Origin: Candidatus Cloacimonadales bacterium
GTDB taxonomy: Bacteria; Cloacimonadota; Cloacimonadia; Cloacimonadales; JAFGVF01
Assembly (NCBI GenBank): GCA_963677495.2
Contig: CAXXOU010000004.1
Coordinates: 800,001-864,000, forward strand
DNA length: 64,000 bases
Reading direction: 5' to 3'
Part shown: piece after piece, positions 17,991-27,099 of the stretch
Layout: the number at the start of each line of letters is the position of its first letter
Numbering within the stretch: position 1 is the stretch's first letter
Position numbers and translations under genes: made by a program
The notes under the pieces: model-generated
The model's input: only the letters and a program-made list of their open reading frames with translations
The model's database searches: none
What the model was told of the DNA's origin: nothing

Positions 17991-18088
17991 GTGCCGAGTT
18001 GACAGTATCACATCACAAAATTCGCTTAATGCTGCTTCCTTCCGGACCTGACATGGTTCACGACATGCAATTGCACTGGACTCGGCAG
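17991..18088 (-). ncRNA. ffs: Signal recognition particle RNA (4.5S, small bacterial type)
   Basis: Minus strand contains GAACCATGTCAGGTCCGGAAGGAAGCAGCATTAAG (conserved domain IV), closed by the TGCCGAGT/ACTCGGCA stem; T tract downstream, TTGACA upstream (18115-18120). Confidence 0.95.
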
Positions 18089-18192
18089 TACCAAGATTAA
18101 TTTTCTAAAGAGGCTGTCAAGGGTAATAAACAGCTTTTAAAGAATAGTAAGGCATATTCAATATGTAAAGTTAATTATTAGAAAGCTTTTTG

Positions 18193-18221
18193 TTGACTTG
18201 AAAATGGGGGGTATTTACTTT
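18193..18221 (+). promoter_or_regulatory. Putative sigma70-type promoter of the DRTGG/hydrogenase-like cassette
   Basis: TTGACT-N17-TACTTT. Confidence 0.5.
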
Positions 18222-18273
18222 GTTGCTCAGAAAAGATGTATAAATAAAAATAAACGATAAATAGAGGTAAAAA

Positions 18274-18624
18274 ATGACTCTGAGAGAACTAGTTTCGATA
18301 CTTGACGCCGAAGTATTGACTCCATCTGCTAACCTTGATGCGGAAGTACCATGTGCTTTTAGTTGCGATTTGATTAGTGATATCCTAATGTGTACACAGG
18401 AATCTACTCTTTTGCTTACCGGTCTAACTAATCCCCAGGTGATTAGGCTATCTGATATGATTGACTTAGCCGGTATCGTATTTGTTAGAGGAAAGAAACC
18501 AACAGACGAGCTCGTTGAAATGGCAAAAGAGAGAGAGTTAGCTTTGATTTCAACCCAACATTCAATGTTTATGGCAAGTGGAGTACTTTTCAATGAAGGA
18601 CTCAGAAGTTGTAAGATAAAGTAG
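18274..18624 (+). CDS. DRTGG-domain protein
   Basis: CDLISDIL...LLLTGLTNPQVIRLSDMIDLAGIVFVRGKKP, typical DRTGG/HPr-kinase N-terminal-like family. Confidence 0.85.
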   Translation: MTLRELVSILDAEVLTPSANLDAEVPCAFSCDLISDILMCTQESTLLLTGLTNPQVIRLSDMIDLAGIVFVRGKKPTDELVEMAKERELALISTQHSMFMASGVLFNEGLRSCKIK

Positions 18625-18628
18625 AATT

Positions 18629-19123
18629 ATGGCAGAATATTTAAAAGTAAATCCCGCATATCAAGAGAGAGAGAATGAGATATTCTCTACCGATAGAACA
18701 CCGGAGATAACATTAGAATTTGATATTCTCGAACATGATTTTGTTAACTCAGGAAAGGGCTCAGCTGAACTAAAGCTGACAATTAAACGTTTAGGTGTTG
18801 ATCCTGCAATAATGCGTAAAGTCGCTGTTGCAGCGTATGAAGCTGAAATCAATATTGCTGCTCATTCCAGGGGTGGAACAATGACCAGTAATATATATCC
18901 CGACTATGTGCACATAGTTTTTGAGGATCAGGGTCCCGGTATTGAAGACTTATCCAAAGCGATGACTCCAGGTTTCTCTACTGCTATTGAATTAGTTAGA
19001 GAGATGGGTTTCGGAGCCGGATTAGGTTTGCCGAACATAGATAGAAACTCAGATATTATGAGATTGAACTCAGAAAAGAATTCCCGAACAAGATTGGACG
19101 TAGTAATATTCTTTCAAAGTTGA
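18629..19123 (+). CDS. Anti-sigma regulatory factor / Ser-Thr kinase (RsbT-like HATPase)
   Basis: YEAEINIAAH (N box), EDQGPGI (G1), GFGAGLGLPNI (G2). Confidence 0.9.
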   Translation: MAEYLKVNPAYQERENEIFSTDRTPEITLEFDILEHDFVNSGKGSAELKLTIKRLGVDPAIMRKVAVAAYEAEINIAAHSRGGTMTSNIYPDYVHIVFEDQGPGIEDLSKAMTPGFSTAIELVREMGFGAGLGLPNIDRNSDIMRLNSEKNSRTRLDVVIFFQS

Positions 19124-19131
19124 AGGTAAAT

Positions 19132-20394
19132 ATGGAAGATAAAAGATACTATCACGGATTTGAGGTAGTAAGAGAAAGATGTACCGGTTGCACTGCATGT
19201 GTGCGTGTTTGTCCTACAGAGGCGATGCGCGTTAGGCATGGCAAAGTTGTTATTGATGCGAATAGATGTATTGATTGTGGAGATTGCATAACTGCCTGCA
19301 AATTCAATGCATTGGTTCCAAAACCGGATGGTCTTGAAAAATTAAAAGATTTCGATTATAGAATTGCAATTGTTACATCAGCTTTTGCAGGCCAATTCTC
19401 AGCGAATATCTCTTATAAGGAGATATTGGCAGCTGTAAAAAAACTTGGTTTTGATGAAGTGATTGAAGCTAGTATGGTTACTGATTTTATGGTGAAACTT
19501 ATTAGAGAATATGTGCGAGAAAATAAGCATATAAGACCTATCCTGTCAAGTAACTGTCCGGCTGTAGTGAGGTTGATACAGGTGAGATTCCCTTCATTAT
19601 TGCCAAACCTTCTATTGCTAGAGTCTCCTATGGGTATTCTAGCTAATTACTGTAGGGAGAAGGTTGTGAAAGAGATGAATATGGATCCTGATAAAGTAGG
19701 TATTTTTAACATAGTTCCCTGTTTAGCGGATGTAACTGCTACTCATCAACCTGAAGGCTCAAAGGAACGTTTATATGATGCTGCTTTCTCAATAACTGAT
19801 ATCTATAACGAAGTTAAACAGATTCTTAATTCAGGAGTTGAGCTTGATACTGATTTTGAAACCTATGAATCAGGTTTAGCATGGACACTTTCAGGTGTTG
19901 AAGCTGATTTAGTTGATTGTGACGATATACGAACACTCTCTGTTAATGGTATTGAGAATGTTAAAGATGTACTTTCGAAGGTTGAAGATCACTATCTTGA
20001 TCAATATGATTACATTGTTGTAAGAAACTGCAAAAATGGATGTGTTGGTGGAGCATTAAATCCGGAAAATCCATTTGTAGCAATGAGTAGGATAAAGAAG
20101 CTTTCAAAAGAAGCTGAACATCATGATATTGATGATTCCGGCTTTAGAGAACTTTATGAACAGGGTGAGTTTGCAGTTGCAGCTCTTAAACCTAGGTCTA
20201 TGATGAAACTTGATCAGGATATAAAGGCAGCACTGGCAAAGATGAGAAAGATTAATGAGATTCTTACAGAGTTACCGGGTCTTAACTGCTCTGCTTGTGG
20301 GTCTCCCAATTGTGAAAGCTTAGCTGAAGACATAGTTCAAGGTAAAGCTACAGTAGATGACTGTATAATTCTATATAAACAGACAAAGGAATAA
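19132..20394 (+). CDS. [FeFe]-hydrogenase-like iron-sulfur protein (2x4Fe-4S, degenerate H-domain, C-terminal FeS domain), probably sensory
   Basis: CTGCTACVRVCP / CIDCGDCITAC; H-domain motifs SSNCPA, IVPCLAD, CKNGCVGG; C-terminal LPGLNCSACGSPNC; ATG at 19132 (ORF open from 19120). Confidence 0.88.
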   Translation: MEDKRYYHGFEVVRERCTGCTACVRVCPTEAMRVRHGKVVIDANRCIDCGDCITACKFNALVPKPDGLEKLKDFDYRIAIVTSAFAGQFSANISYKEILAAVKKLGFDEVIEASMVTDFMVKLIREYVRENKHIRPILSSNCPAVVRLIQVRFPSLLPNLLLLESPMGILANYCREKVVKEMNMDPDKVGIFNIVPCLADVTATHQPEGSKERLYDAAFSITDIYNEVKQILNSGVELDTDFETYESGLAWTLSGVEADLVDCDDIRTLSVNGIENVKDVLSKVEDHYLDQYDYIVVRNCKNGCVGGALNPENPFVAMSRIKKLSKEAEHHDIDDSGFRELYEQGEFAVAALKPRSMMKLDQDIKAALAKMRKINEILTELPGLNCSACGSPNCESLAEDIVQGKATVDDCIILYKQTKE

Positions 20395-20397
20395 ATT

Positions 20398-20742
20398 ATG
20401 GCTATTAATGTACAAACTCTTATACAGAATATTAGAATGACAAATCTTACTCCTGATATAGATGCAGAGAAGATTGAGATTGAAAGTGGTTATGTTTCAG
20501 ACCTTCTATCTGATGTAATGGGCTCAGCTCAGGAAAACCAGATATGGATTACTATTATGCGTCACTTAAATACTATTGCTGTAGCTTCAATGACAGGTAT
20601 ACCAGTAATCGTTTTTGCAAAAGATATTATCCCTGAACAATCTGTTATTGATAAAGCTAGGGAAGAGGGAATTATTCTTCTTACAAGTCCTCTTACTGTT
20701 TTCGAACTTGCCGGGAAGATTTATACTCTAATCAATAGTTAA
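20398..20742 (+). CDS. DRTGG-domain protein
   Basis: GYVSDLLSDVMG...IWITIMRHLNTIAVA; paralog of 18274-18624. Confidence 0.85.
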   Translation: MAINVQTLIQNIRMTNLTPDIDAEKIEIESGYVSDLLSDVMGSAQENQIWITIMRHLNTIAVASMTGIPVIVFAKDIIPEQSVIDKAREEGIILLTSPLTVFELAGKIYTLINS

Positions 20743-21479
20743 TGAGATTTTTTAAAGCAGATTTGCATCTGCATACAGTCCTTTCACCCTGTGGGGGTTT
20801 GGAGATGTCTCCTATTGCATTGATTGACGCTGCTATTGAAGCAGGCTTGGAGATAATAGCTGTAACAGATCATAATACCCTTAAAAATTGTAGAGCATAT
20901 ATTGAGAAGGGTATCGAACAGGGGATCACTGTTCTGCCTGGTGTTGAGATTCAGACTGCTGAAGAGATTCACTTGATAGGATTGTTCCCCAATCTGGATG
21001 TAGCTGAACAATTTGACCAACAAATCTATGACTCATTACTTCCAATTGAGAATAATCCTGATTTCTTTGGTGATCAGGTTATTGTGGATGCGGATGAGAA
21101 CATTGTGGGAATAGAAGATAGAGCATTGATTAACTCCTCAATGTGGTCATTTGATGAGGCTGTAGAAAATGTGAGATTGAATGGTGGAGTTTGTTTCCCC
21201 GCTCATGTTGATGCTACTACATATTCGCTTCTAGGGCAGTTGGGTTTTGTGCCACCTGACCTGGAACTCATGACGTTAGGTATCAGTGCTAAGTGTAAAG
21301 TTGATCGTCTTCTTGAAAAGTATCCTTTTGTAAAGAGTTTTCAGCTAATACGCAATTCTGACTCACATTACTTGAATCAGATAAATATTGGATATAATGA
21401 ACTCTACATAGAGTCTGCTTCCTTTGATGAAGTAGCACAGGCTATTAGAAAGACTAACTCACGATATATCAAGCAATAA
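20742..21479 (+). CDS. PHP-domain phosphoesterase
   Basis: DLHLHT, IAVTDHN, GVEI...EEIH, PAHVD, NSDSH. Confidence 0.92.
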   Translation: MRFFKADLHLHTVLSPCGGLEMSPIALIDAAIEAGLEIIAVTDHNTLKNCRAYIEKGIEQGITVLPGVEIQTAEEIHLIGLFPNLDVAEQFDQQIYDSLLPIENNPDFFGDQVIVDADENIVGIEDRALINSSMWSFDEAVENVRLNGGVCFPAHVDATTYSLLGQLGFVPPDLELMTLGISAKCKVDRLLEKYPFVKSFQLIRNSDSHYLNQINIGYNELYIESASFDEVAQAIRKTNSRYIKQ

Positions 21480-21547
21480 TTTCAACACCATACTGATTGC
21501 AACTGTTAAAGGCCGAAGAAAAAAATGCGCTAATCACCTGTTAGCTA

Positions 21548-21575
21548 TTGACAGGAATTTGTGATTTTATATAAT
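21548..21575 (+). promoter_or_regulatory. Consensus sigma70 promoter
   Basis: TTGACA-N16-TATAAT, ending 46 nt before the ATG at 21622. Confidence 0.7.
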
Positions 21576-21621
21576 TGTCTAACGAAGATTACATACTTCC
21601 AATAATAAATAGGCCGAATTA

Positions 21622-22905
21622 ATGAAACTTATTAGAAACGTCTACTTGCCTAAAAGCAACAAAAAACTTAAGCCAATGAATGTGCTTTTTGATGACAAGA
21701 TTGTCAAAATCACAAATGAAGAGATTGAAGATGAACAGATTGAAGAGATCATCGATGCAGAAGGGATGTATCTACTTCCTGGTGCAATTGATGCTCAGGT
21801 TCATTTCACATCAGTCGATGGTAGTGAAAACTGTATAAAAGAGATGGGTGCTTTTGCCGTTAAAGGTGGATTCACATCAGTAATCGATTCTCCAGTTGGA
21901 GAAGACGAAGCTATCATAACATCTGAACAATATTGTGATTCAAGGGACGATTTCGACGAACTCCCTGTTAATAGGGCATTGTGGTCTAAGATTGATCCGG
22001 CAGAAGCTCCATATTATTTTGAAGATATGGAGGAGATGTGGGATAAGGGAACTATTGGATTCCAAATTTATACTTTAACAGATGCGGAAGATTTAGAGTA
22101 CTTCACTTATGAGGAGATAAATGACCTTTTCTCTGATATACCGGATAAAGAGATGGTTGTATCGATTAATGCTCTTGATTATTTAAAGCTGACATCGCTT
22201 CAAGAAAGTATGGACGAGGAGACTCTTTCTCAATACCAGATGGATTCGCTTACAAAGATTGTACGTAGATCACTGGATAATCCTATACATTTTACTAATA
22301 TGACAACTTTCAAAGCAATCAACTACTTAATCTCAGCTCAGAAGCGATTTGATATTAGCTTTGATCTGAGACCTGAATATTTTATAAAACTGCATACAGA
22401 TGGACTTGTTGGTGCTATCTTCTCTCGTTCATATCAAAAGCGTAATGAAGAACGGAACAACATGAAGGATATGTTTAAATTCTGCCGTGCTAGTATACTT
22501 GCCACACATTATGGGCTTAAAGATAAGAATATGATATATAACTCTGATTTACCTGAATCCAAAGTAAATGATTATCCATATCATATACCATTTTTGTATA
22601 CAGAATTTTTCTCAAATCCTAAAGCACAAATGAGTCAGTTTATTAATCTTACTGCCGAGAATATTGCCCGGACACTCAATATTTACCCAAGAAAGGGTAG
22701 CATCGAAAAAGGGGCAGATGCAGACTTCTATCTGCTAGATCCTAACGATAGTTATACTGTTGATGATGTAGATTCAAACTATCATGGATATGAAATGAGC
22801 TGTAGATTAACTCATACATTTGTAAGAGGTGCAAAAGTTTATTCCCATTCAGAAAATGTTAAAGTTGTAAACAATGGTCAATTCTTTGAAAGGAATGTAT
22901 TATAA
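21622..22905 (+). CDS. Amidohydrolase-superfamily (dihydroorotase/allantoinase-like) protein, probably catalytically inactive
   Basis: IIDAEGMYLLPGAIDAQVH, GGFTSVID, KGSIEKGADAD, TFVRG; most metal ligands replaced. Confidence 0.8.
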   Translation: MKLIRNVYLPKSNKKLKPMNVLFDDKIVKITNEEIEDEQIEEIIDAEGMYLLPGAIDAQVHFTSVDGSENCIKEMGAFAVKGGFTSVIDSPVGEDEAIITSEQYCDSRDDFDELPVNRALWSKIDPAEAPYYFEDMEEMWDKGTIGFQIYTLTDAEDLEYFTYEEINDLFSDIPDKEMVVSINALDYLKLTSLQESMDEETLSQYQMDSLTKIVRRSLDNPIHFTNMTTFKAINYLISAQKRFDISFDLRPEYFIKLHTDGLVGAIFSRSYQKRNEERNNMKDMFKFCRASILATHYGLKDKNMIYNSDLPESKVNDYPYHIPFLYTEFFSNPKAQMSQFINLTAENIARTLNIYPRKGSIEKGADADFYLLDPNDSYTVDDVDSNYHGYEMSCRLTHTFVRGAKVYSHSENVKVVNNGQFFERNVL

Positions 22906-23099
22906 ATTATTGCTATTCTTGGAACTATCTTAGTTAACTATTTTTATCTTTGTTAGTAGTGTTATCTGATTATGATAATGAAATCATGATTGAGATAAGA
23001 AGTAATTTAAAATCCTTATGAAAAGCTTGACTCTTAACTATGCACAGTTAATTGTTAGCCGTTGAAGTAACAAGATTAATATAAGAATAAGGGAAAGCA

Positions 23100-24758
23100 A
23101 TGATAGCAGTATATATCGATCCTGAACTATCAAAATACAATACGCACATTAATGCTGCAGTAGAGTTTCTGCTTGATACACTTGGTTATCAATTCAGAAA
23201 CATTTATGACTTTGATAGTTTGATTATTAACGATACTTTGCTTTACTATTCTAAGAAACCTCCCTCAGATGAGTTATTCATCTCTTTTGCTTTGAAACAT
23301 CCTGTTATCATTATGCCTTTCTGTAGTGAAATCTATGAGCTTGATAAGATTAAGAAAGGAAGGATTGATTCTTATAAACAATACATTAATACCGGTACAG
23401 AAGTACCTGTATTACATAATAAGAAGATTACAGAACCAGTTACTATTATGCGAAACGAGCATGTGGTTACTGCCAGATATAATTTTGACCTAATAGCTAA
23501 TGTTATGTTTTTCCTTTCTAACAAAGAGAAAGAGCTTCGAGCAGATGAGGATGAACAGTTTGATGAAACATCAAGTTATTTCTATAAAGATTTTGACCAT
23601 GCTTTTGTTGCTGAGTATTTGAATGCATTTGAATGGGTACTTGAAAATGTCCTTAAAGCAAAAGGCTTCTACCTGCTAAAGAAAGAGCTTTGGCCCCAAT
23701 CTGAGGAATATGCTTTTGCTGTAACGCATACTGTTGATAAACTTAATAAATGGACATGGGGGAAGATTTTTCATTCTTTGCTTGATGTCTTTTTACTCTT
23801 ACTCACATTAAGAATTCCAGCTTTTTTAAGACAATTCGGAAGTATGATTTACTTCATGTTCAGAGGAGTCGAGCAATATTGGTCATTTCCGGAATACTCC
23901 AAGCTTGAGCAGGATTATAGTTTGAAATCCAGTTGGTTCTTTGCTGTTAATGAAAGTGATATAACTGATTATAACTTCCTAGATAGGGAGTTGCAAGATG
24001 CGATAATTGAATTAGCGAAGACCGGTCATGACATTGGTCTTTATTCGTTTCCGAAGCAGGAGACAATTGAGAGACTTTTCCAAAATGAGAAGCGATTAAA
24101 GATTGCCTCCGGTAAAGGATCAGGTGTAAGAAACAATAGTTATTTTACTAACTCATCATCTTTGTCAAGAGCTGATAGAGCAAACCTGATATATGATAGT
24201 TCATTCTCATTCACAAAGAAATTTGGTTTCCCCAATGGAATAGTTTATCCATATAAGCCTGTTACTTCTAAGTTCCGTTCAGAAAGTTATACATATCCTG
24301 TAAATTGTAATGACTCAGCTCTCCGAATCGATAAGTATAAGGCTATTATGTTTAAGCAAGCCAAAGTTGCGTTTAAAGAGATACTTGATGATGTTAAGAA
24401 ATATAATGGGTTGCTTTGCTTGGATTTAAAACTATCAAACTATTTCGAGACCTATTATCAAAGTAAATTCACAAACTACATAATGGAGAAGCTCAAGGAT
24501 GGTAAAGTTTTCAAGGGCACTTTAACAGAGATTAATCAATGGTGGAAATCTAGGTCAGCTGTGGTAGCGTTTGAAGAAGAATATGATTTATCGATAACCT
24601 TCCAAGAGGAGTTTAAGCACATTACATTTGCAATAATTGGTAATAAGCAGATTTCTGAGATTACAGGAGTCAATGCTAAAATTGATAAAAACAAGATTAG
24701 ATTCAGTGATGTGGTTAAAGGTTCGGAAGCATTAATAAAGTTTTCTGCAAAGAAATAA
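23100..24758 (+). CDS. Polysaccharide deacetylase-like protein (degenerate active site)
   Basis: FAVTHTVD, SSWFF, DIGLY, YDSSFSF..FGFPNG..YPY pattern of NodB-like proteins found in polysaccharide clusters. Confidence 0.65.
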   Translation: MIAVYIDPELSKYNTHINAAVEFLLDTLGYQFRNIYDFDSLIINDTLLYYSKKPPSDELFISFALKHPVIIMPFCSEIYELDKIKKGRIDSYKQYINTGTEVPVLHNKKITEPVTIMRNEHVVTARYNFDLIANVMFFLSNKEKELRADEDEQFDETSSYFYKDFDHAFVAEYLNAFEWVLENVLKAKGFYLLKKELWPQSEEYAFAVTHTVDKLNKWTWGKIFHSLLDVFLLLLTLRIPAFLRQFGSMIYFMFRGVEQYWSFPEYSKLEQDYSLKSSWFFAVNESDITDYNFLDRELQDAIIELAKTGHDIGLYSFPKQETIERLFQNEKRLKIASGKGSGVRNNSYFTNSSSLSRADRANLIYDSSFSFTKKFGFPNGIVYPYKPVTSKFRSESYTYPVNCNDSALRIDKYKAIMFKQAKVAFKEILDDVKKYNGLLCLDLKLSNYFETYYQSKFTNYIMEKLKDGKVFKGTLTEINQWWKSRSAVVAFEEEYDLSITFQEEFKHITFAIIGNKQISEITGVNAKIDKNKIRFSDVVKGSEALIKFSAKK

Positions 24759-24759
24759 G

Positions 24760-27099
24760 ATGAAAATAGCAATAATAACAAACTCTCACAGAATTGATGA
24801 CACACGACTGTTCTGGAAGATTGCTAGTACGTTAGCAGGAACGAATGAAGTTACTATCTTCGGTTTTAAGGGTGAAGTAGTTGAAAATACGAATGTTAGG
24901 TTTGTGAAGAAACAGGAACTGGATACTTTTGATAATCTTATAGAACTTTATCGTTGCACTAAGAAGTACAATCCAGATTTGCTTATTTGTGTTGAGCCTT
25001 TAACTTTGGTTGTTGGTAATATTTTAAAGAAAAAACTTCATTTGAAACTTGTTTACGATTGTCATGAGTTTTTCGGTGATGCATTTGCTGAACGTTTTAA
25101 AGACCCACTGAGTTTGATAATGAAACGCTTTTACCTCTCTGTTGAAAACTATATGTGTCGTAAGGTCGATTCAATATGGGTAGTTAATTCATTGTTGCGA
25201 AACAGATTCAGAAAGAAAGGGAATGTTGAAATAATCAGTAATTACCCGATCAGTGTTAATGATACAATTACCAGTGATTACAAGTATGATGTAATCTATG
25301 CAGGAGGAGTTACAGTTGAACGTGGTGTCTTTAAGCTGATAAAAGCAACTTCGATAATTAAAAAGTCTCTTCCTGAAATCAAAGTCTTAATTTTGGGAAG
25401 AGTTAAGAATGAACTTATTATTGAGTTACAAGAAAAGATATTAGCTTTGAATCTTGTAGACAATGTCAAACTACTTTCTGAAGTATCTGCCGATAAGGCT
25501 CAGGAGTATATAAGCAATTCGAAAGTTGGTATATCGCTCTTAGACCCAAACGTTAAGAGATATAAAAAGGCTCTTCCATTGAAGACACTTGAATACTTAT
25601 CCCATGGATTACAAGTAATTACAAACGATTTTGATTTTCAGAAAACGTTTCTCAAAGAATTAGGAGATAGTGTTCAATTTATTGAATATAATTCCTTAAC
25701 ATTAGCAAAAGCTATTGGAAGCGCAGTATCTAAATCACCAATAGACTTAGACGAGATTTCAAAACAAAATAAGGCGTTTGTTAATGGAAAAGCTCATTGG
25801 TCAGGTGAAGCAAAAAAGCTGAACACTTTCATAAACTCAATTAGTCTTGAAAAAGAGTTGCTTTTCTGCACATATTTCTATCCACCATTGGGTGGACCCG
25901 CGGTTCAAAGACCATGTAAAACAATCAAGTACCTAACAAAGCTTGGTTGGAAATGTGATGTTTTGACTGTAGATAAAGTTTTCTACCATTCAGAAGATAA
26001 AACTCTTCTTACTGAGTGTATGGAAAGAAATCTTTTTAGAACACCCTCATTAGATCCGATGTCAGTAACAAAAGCAATTAAGACGGAAGCTCCTACAAAA
26101 AATAGTTTTTACTTCAATGCACCTGAAAAAATGAAAGTTTTTATCAAGAAATTCTTCCCAATTGATGATAAAATCGGATGGCTGCTTCCAGCTGTAATAA
26201 AAGGTGTCAAAGAAGCCCGAAAGAATAATTATAAATATGTGATATCAACAATGGGACCATATACAACAGGTTTGATTGGTTACTATATATCCAAGATATG
26301 TAATATCCCTTTAGTAATAGATTATCGCGATCACTGGACAATAAACCCCTATGATGATAATTTAAAGATATTACGACCGCTCTCTGTTTATTGGGAAAAG
26401 AAACTTCTCAACCACTCGTATCTTGTGACAGTTATTGGAAAAGTCATGAAAGAACAGTTGTGTCAAAGATTTGGTGAAGATTTGAGCGAAAAGATAGAAG
26501 TTTTATATAATGGTTTCGATGAAAGTGATTTTACAAATTATGTACCCTCAGAGAGTTCTGAAACTGTTGTGCTTAGCTATTTAGGAAACTTCTATCGGAA
26601 TAGAACACCTAAGTATTTCTTGAAAGCCATAAATGAATTAAAAGCTGAAGGGTATGACTTTAGTCGAATAAAAGTTAATTTTGTTGGTAACTACTATAGA
26701 GAAGCTATGGAACTTCTGAAAGACAAGAGCTTATCTGATATTGTAGAAGTTATCCCTCAAGTAACCCATGATAAAGTTATTCAACATTTTGAAACAACAT
26801 CTGCTTTAATTCTATTTATTGCAAACGAAAATGGAAAGGGAGTGTTAACAGGAAAGCTGTTTGAATACTTACGATCCGGCTTACCAATCTTAGCTATGGT
26901 TCCACCGGACGGAGAAGCAGCAGAAATTCTAAAAGAGAATTATCAAGAATTCATTTGCAAAATTGATGATGTACCTATGATCAAAGAGACTTTGAAACAG
27001 TTGATAGATTCCATCCACACTAAAAGAAGGAATCTGATTCCCACCAATAAATATAGTAGAGAAACACAGATTAACGAGCTAAATAAAAGGCTAGTATAG
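24760..27099 (+). CDS. Double GT4-family glycosyltransferase (two fused GT-B units)
   Basis: Unit 1: H..DDTR, YDCHE, YAGG..ERG, PLKTLEY; unit 2: YFYPPLGGPAVQR, DYRDHW, YNGFD, TGKLFEYL. Confidence 0.88.
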   Translation: MKIAIITNSHRIDDTRLFWKIASTLAGTNEVTIFGFKGEVVENTNVRFVKKQELDTFDNLIELYRCTKKYNPDLLICVEPLTLVVGNILKKKLHLKLVYDCHEFFGDAFAERFKDPLSLIMKRFYLSVENYMCRKVDSIWVVNSLLRNRFRKKGNVEIISNYPISVNDTITSDYKYDVIYAGGVTVERGVFKLIKATSIIKKSLPEIKVLILGRVKNELIIELQEKILALNLVDNVKLLSEVSADKAQEYISNSKVGISLLDPNVKRYKKALPLKTLEYLSHGLQVITNDFDFQKTFLKELGDSVQFIEYNSLTLAKAIGSAVSKSPIDLDEISKQNKAFVNGKAHWSGEAKKLNTFINSISLEKELLFCTYFYPPLGGPAVQRPCKTIKYLTKLGWKCDVLTVDKVFYHSEDKTLLTECMERNLFRTPSLDPMSVTKAIKTEAPTKNSFYFNAPEKMKVFIKKFFPIDDKIGWLLPAVIKGVKEARKNNYKYVISTMGPYTTGLIGYYISKICNIPLVIDYRDHWTINPYDDNLKILRPLSVYWEKKLLNHSYLVTVIGKVMKEQLCQRFGEDLSEKIEVLYNGFDESDFTNYVPSESSETVVLSYLGNFYRNRTPKYFLKAINELKAEGYDFSRIKVNFVGNYYREAMELLKDKSLSDIVEVIPQVTHDKVIQHFETTSALILFIANENGKGVLTGKLFEYLRSGLPILAMVPPDGEAAEILKENYQEFICKIDDVPMIKETLKQLIDSIHTKRRNLIPTNKYSRETQINELNKRLV

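Noticed and set aside
19132..20394. Catalytic H2-evolving [FeFe] hydrogenase (hydA)
   Set aside because: Proton-transfer Cys and conserved Lys/Met of the H-cluster motifs are missing
21622..22905. Gene symbol pyrC or allB
   Set aside because: Metal ligands appear absent, so the function cannot be assigned
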